Assembly: GCA_030390025.1 (NCBI GenBank)
Contig: CM059432.1
Location: 27,282,001 to 27,346,000 of the forward strand
Direction of reading: 5' to 3'
Source of the DNA: Squalus acanthias
Taxonomy: Eukaryota
Length of the DNA stretch: 64,000 bases
Shown: piece by piece, positions 1-10,251 of the stretch
Layout of the letters: each line of letters begins with the position of its first letter
Numbering within the stretch: the stretch's first letter is position 1
Translations under genes and position numbers: made by a program
The notes under the pieces: model-generated
Database searches by the model: none
Told to the model about the DNA's origin: nothing
What the model saw: only the letters and a program-made list of their open reading frames with translations

Positions 1-960
1 CCAACCATCTTCAGCTGCTTCATCAATGACCTTCCCTCCATCATAAGGTCAGAAGTGGGGATGTTCACTGATGATTGCACAGTGTTCAGTGCCATTCACA
101 ACTTCTCAGATAATGAAGCAGTCCATGCCCGCATGCAACAAGACCTGGATGACATTCAGGTTTGGGCTGATAAGTGGAAAGTAACATTCACACCACACAA
201 GTGCCAGGCAATGATTATATCCAACAAGCAAGAGTCTAACCACCTCCCCTTGACATTCAACGGCATTACCATCGCCGAATCCCCCACCATCAACATCCTG
301 GGGGTCACCATTAACCAGAAACTTAACTGGACCAGCCACATAAATACTGTGGCAACAAGAGCAGATCAGAGGCTAGGTATTCTGCGGTGACTGTCTCACC
401 TCCTGACTCCCCAAAACCTTTCCACCATTTACAAGGCATAAGTCAGGAGTGTGATGGAATACTCTCCACTTGCCTGGATGAGTGCAGCTCCATCAACACT
501 GAAGAAGCTTGACACCATCTATGACAAAGCAGCCCACTTGATTTGGCACCCCATCCACCACCTTAAACATTCACTCCTTCCACCACCAGCGTACAGTGGC
601 TGCAGTGTGTACCATCGACAAGAGGCACTGCAGCAACTCACCAAGGCTTCTTCAGAAGCACCTCCCAAACCTGCAACCTCTAACACCTAGAAGGACAAGG
701 GCAGCAGGCACATGGGAACACCATCACCTGCAAGTTCCCCTCCAAGTTACACACCATCCTGACTTGGAAGTATATCGCTGTTCCTTCATTGTCGCTGAGT
801 CAAAATCATGGAACTCCCTGCCAAGCAGCACTGTGGGAGTACCATCACCACACGGACTGCAGCGGTTCAAGAAGGCGGCTCACTACCACCTTCTCAAGGG
901 CAATTAGGGATGAGCATTAAATGCTGGTCTTGCCAGCGACGCCCACATCCCATGAACAAA
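1..960 (+). mobile_element. 3' part of a CR1-group LINE (family X), decayed RT and 3' tail
   Basis: ORF 55-390 has MFTDD (FADD-like) and the RT C-terminus; ends GGCAATTAGGGATG...AAATGCTGG...CCCACATCCCATGA; same family at 28428, 53988 and 56315. Confidence 0.85.
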
Positions 961-1612
961 TTTTTAAAAATTCAATCACAAAACCAATCAAACATATTCA
1001 ACCCTTATATTTAGGTAAGACACAAAAGTCCCTCTATATACTTCAATAACTAATTAAGGGATGGAACCATCCAGTCCACAGGTAGCCTTTGTGTGCCTTT
1101 GGGGGTAAAAATTCAGTTGGTTGCGCCTCCCGTTAGCGCCTTAAGAGGGCGCTAATGGGGCGCAAAGCCGCTAACGCCCGGGCCCAGCGATGTTTGCACC
1201 GCTCGGGAACTTAACTAGAGATTGTGCGGCGGCGCTAAACCTTACCGCTGCGACCACCTGCGCGCGCAGATTGTGACGTCATTCCATGGTGCAACGCCCT
1301 TGTGGCGCCCCGGAGCGGAAATTGAGTGGCGCCCCCTGCCTTACCGCCTGGCGCATCCAACGACCGGAAGACTGGAACGCTATCAATCGCTGTGGGGCTG
1401 GGGGGGGCGCTATTTAAAGGGGGCCTCTTCCTGTCTTTTTCTGTGGTCGACATTTTTGCACCACTCGTTCTGAGAGAGAGAGAGAGATTCGGAGAGAGAG
1501 AAAGAGAGACTTCTGCATTGACTCAACGCTTTGTGAGGTAGTTTTGCCTACTGATCCTAACTTCGCTAGTACTTTAGTTGCTGTCCTTCATTACTTTGCT
1601 TGCAAAGAGAAT

Positions 1613-2771
1613 ATGGGGGCTGCACTGATTGGGGGCGTCGTCCTGCTCCAGCTGAATCGGAGGAGACAGAGACGCAGAGAGAGAGTGGCAATGATGGCCA
1701 GACGGAGGAGGGCCAACAGGCATATGTACAGGAGAGCTTACCCTCCCAGGGTATATCGTGAACAGCTCTCCTACATTCATATGTCTGAGGAGCTGTGTTT
1801 GCGAAGGCTGCGATTCAGCAAGGAGGTGGTCACTGAGCTCTGCCACCTGCTGCAGCCAGATCTGCAGCCTCAACTGAGGTCCAGGACGTCTCTGTCGGTG
1901 GCAGTGAAGGTCACAATGGCTCTCAACTTCTACGCTACTGGCTCATTTCAAGCTGCTGGTGGGGACCTCGCCAATATCTCCCAGTTCGTGGTGCATTGCT
2001 GCATCCGGCAGGTCACAAATGCCCTCTTTAAAAGGAGACGAGAGTTCATCTCTTTCCCCATGACCCCAGACAAGCAGCGTGACCGCGCTCTGGGCTTTGC
2101 GAGGATAGCGGGCTTCCCCATGGTGCAGGGCGCCATTGACTGCACGCATGTGGCTTTGCGTACTCCGCATGAGAATGCCGAGGAATTCATAACAGAAAGG
2201 GGTTCCATTCCTTGAATGTTCAGTTGGTCTGTGACCACAGACAGCTGATACTCGCTGTCAATGCCCACTATCCGGGCAGCTGCCACGATGCTTTTATCCT
2301 GCACCGACTACTGTGGCAGAACTTTTCGAGGCACCGCATCAGCCAGTTGGTTGGCTTCTCGGGGACAAGGGGTATGCATTGAGCACCTGGCTGATGACAC
2401 CGCTCCGTACGCCCAACACCCCTGCTGAGCTGCGGTACAATGAGAGCCATCAAGCTACCAGGAACATAATTGAGCGCACAATCGGCGTGCTGAAGCAACG
2501 GTTCCGCTGTCTCGACCATTCTGGAGGAGCCCTGCAGTACTCGCCTGAGCGAGTATCCAACTTCGTAGTTGTGTGCTGCATGTTGCATAACATGGCAATC
2601 CTCAGGACCCAGCCAATGCCACCAGGCCTTGGAGCACCACCAGAGGAGGAGGAGGAAGAGGAGGAAGAGGACGAGGAGGATGATCATCAGCAGCACCAAG
2701 GCGGGAGGGCGGCCCACAATGGTCAAACTGCAAGGGCCGTCCGTCAACGGCTGATAGCAAGCCGCTTCTAG
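1613..2771 (+). pseudogene. Harbinger (HARBI1-type) DDE transposase, frameshifted
   Basis: Motifs [33 protein letters not shown]; two 1-bp deletions relative to copy 2 (~2190, ~2305) split the ORF. Confidence 0.93.
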
Positions 2772-3083
2772 GGCCCCTGCTGTGGAAATGGCTTCTGCCA
2801 TTGCTAACAACATCAATGAACCCAGCACGCAACCCCTAAGCCGGCCAAGGCACCAATAATTCCAACCACCAACCATGTATATTTTGAATACAGAAACTTA
2901 TTTATTTTACAAACTCTGTGTGTGTCAATTCCTCATGACAAACTCATAGAAATAAACACAAAAAAACAGTCAATAACATAACTGGTTCTCACAACCTGGA
3001 GATAATGTCCAAAACACTAAACAAAAGTTGGACCATGAACCTCGACCTTTAATAAAAAAATGACCAGCATTTTGTCACACCTC

Positions 3084-5008
3084 CTACTTTTTGCCCTTCG
3101 AGGGTGATCTCCTTCCCTTGCGCACTTCCCCCCTTCTAACCCTACTGCTCCTCCGTAATGGGACCTCAGTGGCTGCAGCAAGGCTGGTGGAAGGCTGCTG
3201 CTCGTCAGACCCTGACACTGCAGATGCCCCTGAAGGACGGCCTCGACCACTTCTGGGCCTGGAGGGCCCGGCTGCAGACTGCACCAACTCTGCATGGGCG
3301 GCAGCAGTCTGTCCTACAGGCGGTGGCAAGTGCAGTGGAGAAGTGACAGTGTTGGCAACAGGAATGCTGTCATCGTGAGAGAGGACAGCAACTCCATGCT
3401 CGCCCGACACACTGGCACTCCCACGGGGCAGCACTTCAGCATCCGGAGCAATCTGCTGGAGAACAGATTGCTGGCCTGCTGCGGCGCGGTGACAGCCCCG
3501 GGGACATGTGCACGAACCATCGAGGTTGGCAGCAGTCTGTGCTCGCGTGGCCTCAATCTGAGTCTGCATGAGAGCAGTCGGAGATGGGATCACGGCAGCC
3601 AGTGACTGAATTGCAGCACTAAGCATTAGTGTGGCATCCGCCTGTGCTACAGCGAAATGCTCCACACTCCTTGCCAGTGACTCAATGCATTCGGGCACCC
3701 TTCCCACTGCACCCATGAGCTCAGTGTGCATGCCCACCGCCTGGGTGTTCATTTCTGCGATCAGCCGCTCCTCCTCTGCGTCCATTGCAGTAGGAGTGTC
3801 TGGCATACTCTCCCTCTGGGGAGAAGGCCCCCGTTCTTCCCTACCCCCATGGCGTTGCTGCAGCCCGCTGGGTCCTGGAGCTTCACCCTCATCAGACCCT
3901 TCCCCCCTGCTCCCCTCCAGGGAAGGCGTGTTCCCAGTGTGGGCATGGGCTTCCTCGGGAGAGGGTGGCACTGATGCTCCGGCTTCCTCTTCCTCCTCGG
4001 CTGCAGCTTCATTCCCAGTGGCAGCTTCAGGGCCCGTCTCCTCAGCTGGTGAATCACCATCTGAAAGCAGGGAGGTACAAGAGTGGCTTTAGCGTGAGGA
4101 CAGGGTGGCAAGGGAGGAATAAGTGCAGCGAGTTAGCAAGTTGGATTGAAAGTGTCAAAGGCTGGTGTTGTGAAGGACAAGTGGAAGGACAGAGGACAAA
4201 AAGGTGATGACCTTACCATTGCTGTCCAGAACGGGGTCGGCGTCTCCAGTGGCGACGGGACCGATCACCCGGCTTGCCACAATCGTGTGGACGCGCTCCT
4301 CCAGATCGCTGAGGGGTTGCAGCTGAGGCCGCCCTCCACCTGTCCGTTGCTGCTGTCTCCGATTATGCGCCAGCTTGGCCTGTAAGAAAAAGGACAGCAT
4401 CTGAGTAAATATACAGCCATGGTCTTGCCTGATGTGCCTCCCATAGGTGAATAGCCCTTACTGTATACAGCCATGGTCTTGCCTGATGTGCCTCCCATAG
4501 GTGAATAGCCCTTACTGTATACAGCCATGGTCTTGCCTGATGTGCCTCCCATAGGTGAATAGCCCTTACTGTATACAGCCATGGTCTTGCCTGATGTGCC
4601 TCCCATAGGTGAATAGCCCTTACTGTATGCAAAGTGTGGAATGTGTGTGTGTGTTTCATGAAAGGGCCATAGGTGTTGGATGAGTGTTGTGCATTGGGGT
4701 TTTAAGACCCTCTGGCCATAGAGTGAGGTTGAGATGGAGGGATGGAGAGGTATTGAGAAAAAGCCACTCACCCTGACGACCCGAGTGAGGTCGTTGAACT
4801 TTTTGCGGCATTGAGTATGGGTCCTGGGCACCATGCTCCTGGAGGAGATGCTCTGAGCCACCTCCCTCCACACTCTTCTGTAGTCGCGTGGCAAAGGCCT
4901 CCTGCCACTCTCAGGGAAGAGTATACATCTTCTGCGCTCCACCGCGCCAACCAGAGCATCCAAGGCCCGCTCGGTGAAGCGATGAGCTCGTTCTCTCACC
5001 CTCTCCAT
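3084..5008 (-). CDS. Harbinger Myb/SANT-like DNA-binding protein, 3 exons (5008-4772, 4379-4217, 4060-3084), 458 aa
   Basis: Exon 1 RFTERALDAL...WREVA...RTHTQCRKKFNDL; donors GTGAGT and GTAAGG, acceptors TTACAG and TTTCAG; phases 0 and 1 join into an open 1377-nt CDS; exon 2 has the RTGGG motif. Confidence 0.85.
4411..4626. repeat. 54-bp tandem repeat x4 in intron 1 of the Myb gene
   Basis: Unit ATACAGCCATGGTCTTGCCTGATGTGCCTCCCATAGGTGAATAGCCCTTACTGT, four identical copies. Confidence 0.97.
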
Positions 5009-5571
5009 CCTTGGCAGCAAAATGGATTCACAGGTCTCTCCAGGCCGAGATTCAAGGCTGCAATGAGCAGGGTGTGGCTGGGGAGCAAGTTGGCCCCCCC
5101 CGCTTTAAGAAGTGGCCGGCGCCAGTGTGTCTGTGTTCCCTCGCTAACTGGCAGCAGCTGCGCTGCGCTCGCGCGCTGAGTTAGCGCCTCACTGCTCGGC
5201 CTTTGCGCCTTAAGACAGGTGTGCAGCGCCTGATTTAGCGCTCCACTCACCTCCTGGGGCGGTAAAAGTGAAGTTTCCAGTCAGTGGCGATAAATAGCGC
5301 CAGGCGCTAATATTTGCGTCCAGACGATATTTGCGCCCCAAATGGGGCGCGACCTAATTTTTCCCCCTTGGAATTTTATATTAAGTGCATACTCGCATTC
5401 CTTGCTTTTATTTCCCAAATTCTATTATCTCACACTTATCTACATCTGTGTGCACACTCCACTATCCTATTTATGTTTTCCTAATACTCTTTACAGTCCT
5501 CCTCATTGTTCACCAAACCTTTATGGCATCAGTAAATTTTGAGATTATGTTCACTATACCCAAGTTCTATA

Positions 5572-6060
5572 TGATAGAATCATAGAATCATAGACTAGTA
5601 CAGAATGGACAGAAGGCCATTCAGCCCATCAAGTCTGCGCAAGCTCTTTCAAAGAGCAATCCAGTTAGTCCCACTTCCCCACTCTTTTCCCATATCCCTG
5701 CAATTTTTTCTCCTTCAAATATTTATGCAAGTCCCTTTTGAAAGCTACTATTGAATCTGTAACCAACAGCCTATCAGGCAGTACATTCCAAATCCTAACC
5801 AATCGTTGCATAAAAAAGTTTTTCCTCATGTCGCCTCTGGTTCTTTTGCCAATCACCTTAAATCTGTGCCCTCTGGTTATTGACCCGTCAGCCATTGGAA
5901 ACAGTTTCTCTTTATTTATTCAGTCTAAACCCTTCGTAATTTTAAACACCTCTATCAAATCTCCACTTAGCCTTCTAAAGAGAACAACCCCAGCTCCTCC
6001 AGCCTATCCACATAACTGTGATCCCTATTCCCTGGAACCATTCTAGTAAATCTCTTCTGT
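5572..6060 (-). mobile_element. CR1 LINE 3' fragment
   Basis: TRGHRFK...FFMQRLVRIWN; (ATAGAATC)n tail. Confidence 0.85.
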
Positions 6061-6171
6061 ACTGTTGAAACATGGAAGGTAGGAAGAAGGTTCGAGAGAG
6101 TTAGTCAAACAAAAGTTGATTGAATCAAGTGCGGTACAAAGACAGGAAGTCGCTCATGATGAAAGGCAAGT

Positions 6172-7148
6172 CATAGGAACATAGGAACAGGAGTAGGCCA
6201 TTCAGCCCATCGAGCCTGTTCCACCATTCAATGAGATCATGGTTGATCTGTGACCTAACTCCATATACATGCCTTTGGCCCATATCCCTTAATACCTTTG
6301 GTTAACAGAAAGCTATCAATCTCCGATTTTAAATTAACAATTGATCTAGCATCAATTGTCATTTGCGGAAGAGAGTTCCAAACTTCTACCACGCTTTGTG
6401 TGTAGAAGTGTTTCCTAATTTCACTCCTGAAAGGCCTGGCTCTAATTTTTAGACTAAGCCCCCTAGTTCTAGAATCTCCAACCAGTGGAAATAGTTTCTC
6501 TCTCTCTACCCTATCTGTTCCCCTTAATATCTTGAAAACTTCGATCAGATCACCACTTAAACTTCTAAATTCTAGTGAATACAACCCTAACTTCTGTAAT
6601 CTCTCCTCATAAATTAACCCTCGTAGTCCGGGTATCATTCTGGTAAACCTACGCTGCACTCCCTCCAAGGCCAATATATCCTTCCTAAGGTGTAGTGCCC
6701 AGAACTGCTCACAGTACTCCAGGTGTGGTCTAACCAGGGCTTTGTATAGCTGCAGCATAACTTCTAACCACTTGTATTCTGGTCCTCTAGATATAAAGGC
6801 CGGCATTCCATTAGCCTTTTTGATTTTTTTTTGTATCTGTTCATGACATTTTAATGATCTATGTACCTGGACCCCCAAGTCTCTTTGGACCTCCACTGAT
6901 TTTAGCTTTTCACCATTTAGAAAGTACCCTGTTCTATCCTTTTTAGGTCCAAAGTGGATGACCTCACATTTGGCTACATTGAAATCCATTTGTCACAGTT
7001 TTGCCCATTCACTTAATCTGTCGATATCCCTTTGTAATTTTATGCTTTCATCTACACTGCCTACAATTCCACCTATCTTTGTGTCATCGACAAATTTGGA
7101 TATATGACATTCTATGCCATCATCTAAGTCATTAATAAATATTGTGAA
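6172..7148 (-). mobile_element. CR1 LINE 3' fragment (RT C-terminus)
   Basis: ORF 6255-6989 KCEVIHFG...LVRPHLEYC; (CATAGGAA)n tail. Confidence 0.9.
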
Positions 7149-7639
7149 AGTCCAGGTATGAAGGAACATTACTGAAGGGGAAGCACCAAATAAGGTAAAG
7201 TGGCAAAGAGGACCCAATAGGGGAGAACAAGGGACTTGGGCGGAACTCATTAATGTGTAGATAGGCTATGATGTTTAGTTTTTAGTACCTGAAGTGGTGC
7301 CTGGTGTAATATCTGAAGGGTATCCAAATTTGAAGAGCATGTGACTACGCTTGGTTGTACTCTGCTTGTGTAATTTTTCTTCATGCCAAGCTTAATAAAG
7401 GCAAAACAAGAAATCTCCAGCATCGGAAGTAACGAATAATTCAAAATGTATCCTCTCCAAAGTTTACATGTCCTTCCTAAAGTGTGGTGCCCAAAATTAG
7501 ACACAATACTCCAGCTGGGGCCGAACTAGTGTTTTATATAGGTTTAGCATAACTTCCTGACTTTTGCACTCTATGGCTCTATTTATAAAATTGAGAGGTC
7601 GCACAACACCAGGTTATAGTCCAACAGTTTTATTTGAAA

Positions 7640-7677
7640 TCACAAGCTTTCGGAGCTATCACTCCTTCCTCAGGTGA
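7640..7677 (-). ncRNA. Minimal type I hammerhead ribozyme
   Basis: rc: TCAC-CTGAGGA-A-GGAG(TGATAG)CTCC-GAAAGCTT-GTGA. Confidence 0.75.
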
Positions 7678-8503
7678 AGTAAATTGGATACAGAATCGCC
7701 AGAGCATATATAGATGGAAAAAAAAGCATGTGTACTTTACAATTGCAGACCAATAAATTAAATCATCCTGACTATCTGCCGAGGTGTGATAAAGTTAATT
7801 AAGTCAGCCAGGAAGGTACCACATCAAAAGACATAGCAAGATACAACTGAGACAATGAGGTGTAGTCGCAGGGGTTCCAACGTGTCAAAAGCTGCCGTCT
7901 GTATGTAAAACGAAAAGCTTTAAAAAAAATTTACTTTTTTACTGGGAAAATTTTTACTTTTTTACTGGGAATCACATCTGTGAACAAGCTAACGACGACT
8001 CGAGTCCGGATCACGTCATGTATCGTGACATAAACCCAAGATCCCGATTGAGACCGTCTTCATGAGTGCGGAACTTGGCTATCAGTTTCTGCTCGATGAT
8101 TTCCAAGTTCCGCACTCATGAAGACGGTCTCAATCGGGATCTTGGGTTTATGTCACGATACATGACGTGATCCGGACTCGAGTCGTCGTTAGCTTGTTCA
8201 CAGATGTGATTCCCAGTAAAAAAGTAAAAATTTTCCCAGTAAAAAAGTAAATTTTTTTTAAAGCTTTTCGTTTTACATACAGACGGCAGCTTTTGACACG
8301 TTGGAACCCCTGCGACTACACCTCATTGTCTCAGTTGTATCTTGCTATGTCTTTTGATGTGGTACCTTCCTGGCTGACTTAATTAACTTTATCACACCTC
8401 GGCAGATAGTCAGGATGATTTAATTTATTGGTCTGCAATTGTAAAGTACACATGCTTTTTTTTCCATCTATATATGCTCTGGCGATTCTGTATCCAATTT
8501 ACT

Positions 8504-8541
8504 TCACCTGAGGAAGGAGTGATAGCTCCGAAAGCTTGTGA
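8504..8541 (+). ncRNA. Minimal type I hammerhead ribozyme
   Basis: Stem I TCAC/GTGA, core CTGAGGA...GAAA, stem II GGAG/CTCC, palindromic AAGCTT in place of stem III. Confidence 0.75.
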
Positions 8542-9696
8542 TTTCAAATAAAACTGTTGGACTATAACCTGGTGTTGTGCGACCTCTCAATTTTGTCCAC
8601 CCCAGTCCAACACCGGCATCTCCGCATCATGACCTCTATTTATAAAGCCCAGCTTCCATATGCTTTATTAACTGCTTTGTTAACCTATCCTGCCACCTTC
8701 AAAGATTTGTGCACAAGCACCTCCATGTCTCTCTCTTCTTGCAGCCCCTTTAAAATTGTACCATTTAGCACATATTCTCTCTCCTCATTCTTCCTACCAA
8801 AATGTATCCCCTCACAATTTTCTGCGCTGAATTTCATCTGCCATGTTTCCATCCATTCCACCTCTTGAAGTCTATTACTACCTTCCTCACTGTTTACTAC
8901 ACTTCCAAGTTTTGTGCCATCTGCAAATTTCGACATTGTGCTTTGTACCCCCAAGTCCAAGTCATTAATGTATATCAAAAACAGCCATGTTCCTAGTACT
9001 TAACCGTAGGACATGCCAAAACACCCATTCACCACAACTCTGTTTTCCATCCCTTAGCCAATTTTGTATCCACACAGCCCCTTTATTCCCGTGGGCTTCA
9101 ATTTTGTTGACAAGTCTATTATGTGGTACTTTATCAAATGCCTTTTGAAAGTCAATATACACATCAACCGCACTACCCTCATCCACCCTTTCCATTACTT
9201 CATCAAAGCACTCAATCAAGTTAGTCCAACACAATTTGCGTTTAACAAATCCATGCTGGCTTTGATTTATTAACCTATATTTTTCCAAGTGCCAGTTAAT
9301 TTTGTCCCAAATTAGTGTCTCTAAAAGTTTCCCCACATTAGGCTGATTGGCCTGTAATTGCCGGATTTATCTCTCTCCCCATTTTTGAACAGGGTTGTAA
9401 CATTTTCAATCCTCCAAACCTCTGCCACCACTCCCATATCAAAGGAGGATTGGAAGATTGGAAGATTGTGGCCAGAGCCTTCGCAACTTCCCTCAGGAAA
9501 CTAGGATGCATACCATCCGGACCAGGTGACTTTTCTACTATGAGCGCTGTCAATCTTTTTAGTACCTCCTCTTTATCTATTTTTTCCCTATCCAATTTCT
9601 CTACCACCTCCTCTGTTACTGTGACATTGGCAGCATCCTTTTCTTTAATGAAGACAGATGTATCAGATATATTAATGTGCAGAGGAGATTTACTAG

Positions 9697-10158
9697 AATA
9701 AGAACATAAGAACATAAGAAATAGGAGCAGGAGTAGGCCATTCGGCCCTTCGAGCCTGCTCCACCATTCAATGAGATCATGGCTGATCTTCTGCCTCAAC
9801 TCCATTCACCGGCCCTATCGCCATATCCCTTGATGACCTTACTAGTCAGAAATCTATCGACTTCTGTTTTGAATATACCCAATGACTGAGTCTCCACAGC
9901 CCTCTGGGGTAGAGAATTCCAAAGATTTACCACCCTCTGTGTGAAGAAATTTCTTCTCATCTCAGTCCTGAATGGCCTGCCCTTTATCCTGAGGCTGTGG
10001 CCCCTGGTTCTAGACTCCCCAGCCAAGGGAAACATTCTCCCAGCATCCATCCTATTAAGCCCTGTAATAATTTTGTATGCTTCAATGAGATCCCCTCTCA
10101 TTCTTCTGAATTCAAGAGAATGCAGGCCTAGTATACTCAATCTCTTCTCATGCGACAG
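9697..10158 (-). mobile_element. CR1 LINE 3' fragment
   Basis: ORF 9796-10140; (AAGAACAT)n tail; very similar to the rc of ~30900-31362. Confidence 0.9.
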
Positions 10159-10251
10159 TCATAGAAACATAGAAGATAGGAGCAGGAGTAGGCCATTCGG
10201 CCCCTCGAGCCTGCTCCGCCATTCAATGAGATCATGGCTGATCATCCAAAC

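Larger units (their letters stand above)
1102..5367 (+). mobile_element. PIF/Harbinger DNA transposon, copy 1 (4266 bp)
   Basis: TIRs GGGGTAAAAATT / GGGGGAAAAATT (rc); 3-bp TSD TTG (1099-1101, 5368-5370); encodes transposase and Myb/SANT protein. Confidence 0.95.
7587..8633. mobile_element. Penelope-like family 1, fold-back copy A
   Basis: 492-bp inverted arms 7587-8078 / 8103-8594 plus 39-nt tail; TSD CTCTATTTATAAA (7577-7589, 8634-8646); matches the 3' end of GIY-YIG-bearing copy B. Confidence 0.92.
7450..9660 (-). mobile_element. Decayed CR1 ORF2 fragment interrupted by Penelope copy A
   Basis: ORFs 8685-8978 (FADG) and 8965-9336 (QHGF, DFQKAFDKVPH); sequence is continuous across the TSD. 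Confidence 0.85.

Noticed and set aside
4411..4626. CRISPR-like array
   Set aside because: Head-to-tail repeats with no spacers, no cas genes, eukaryotic context
1613..5008. Domesticated host HARBI1/NAIF1 genes
   Set aside because: Bounded by TIRs and a TSD, present in two copies, and carrying disabling mutations
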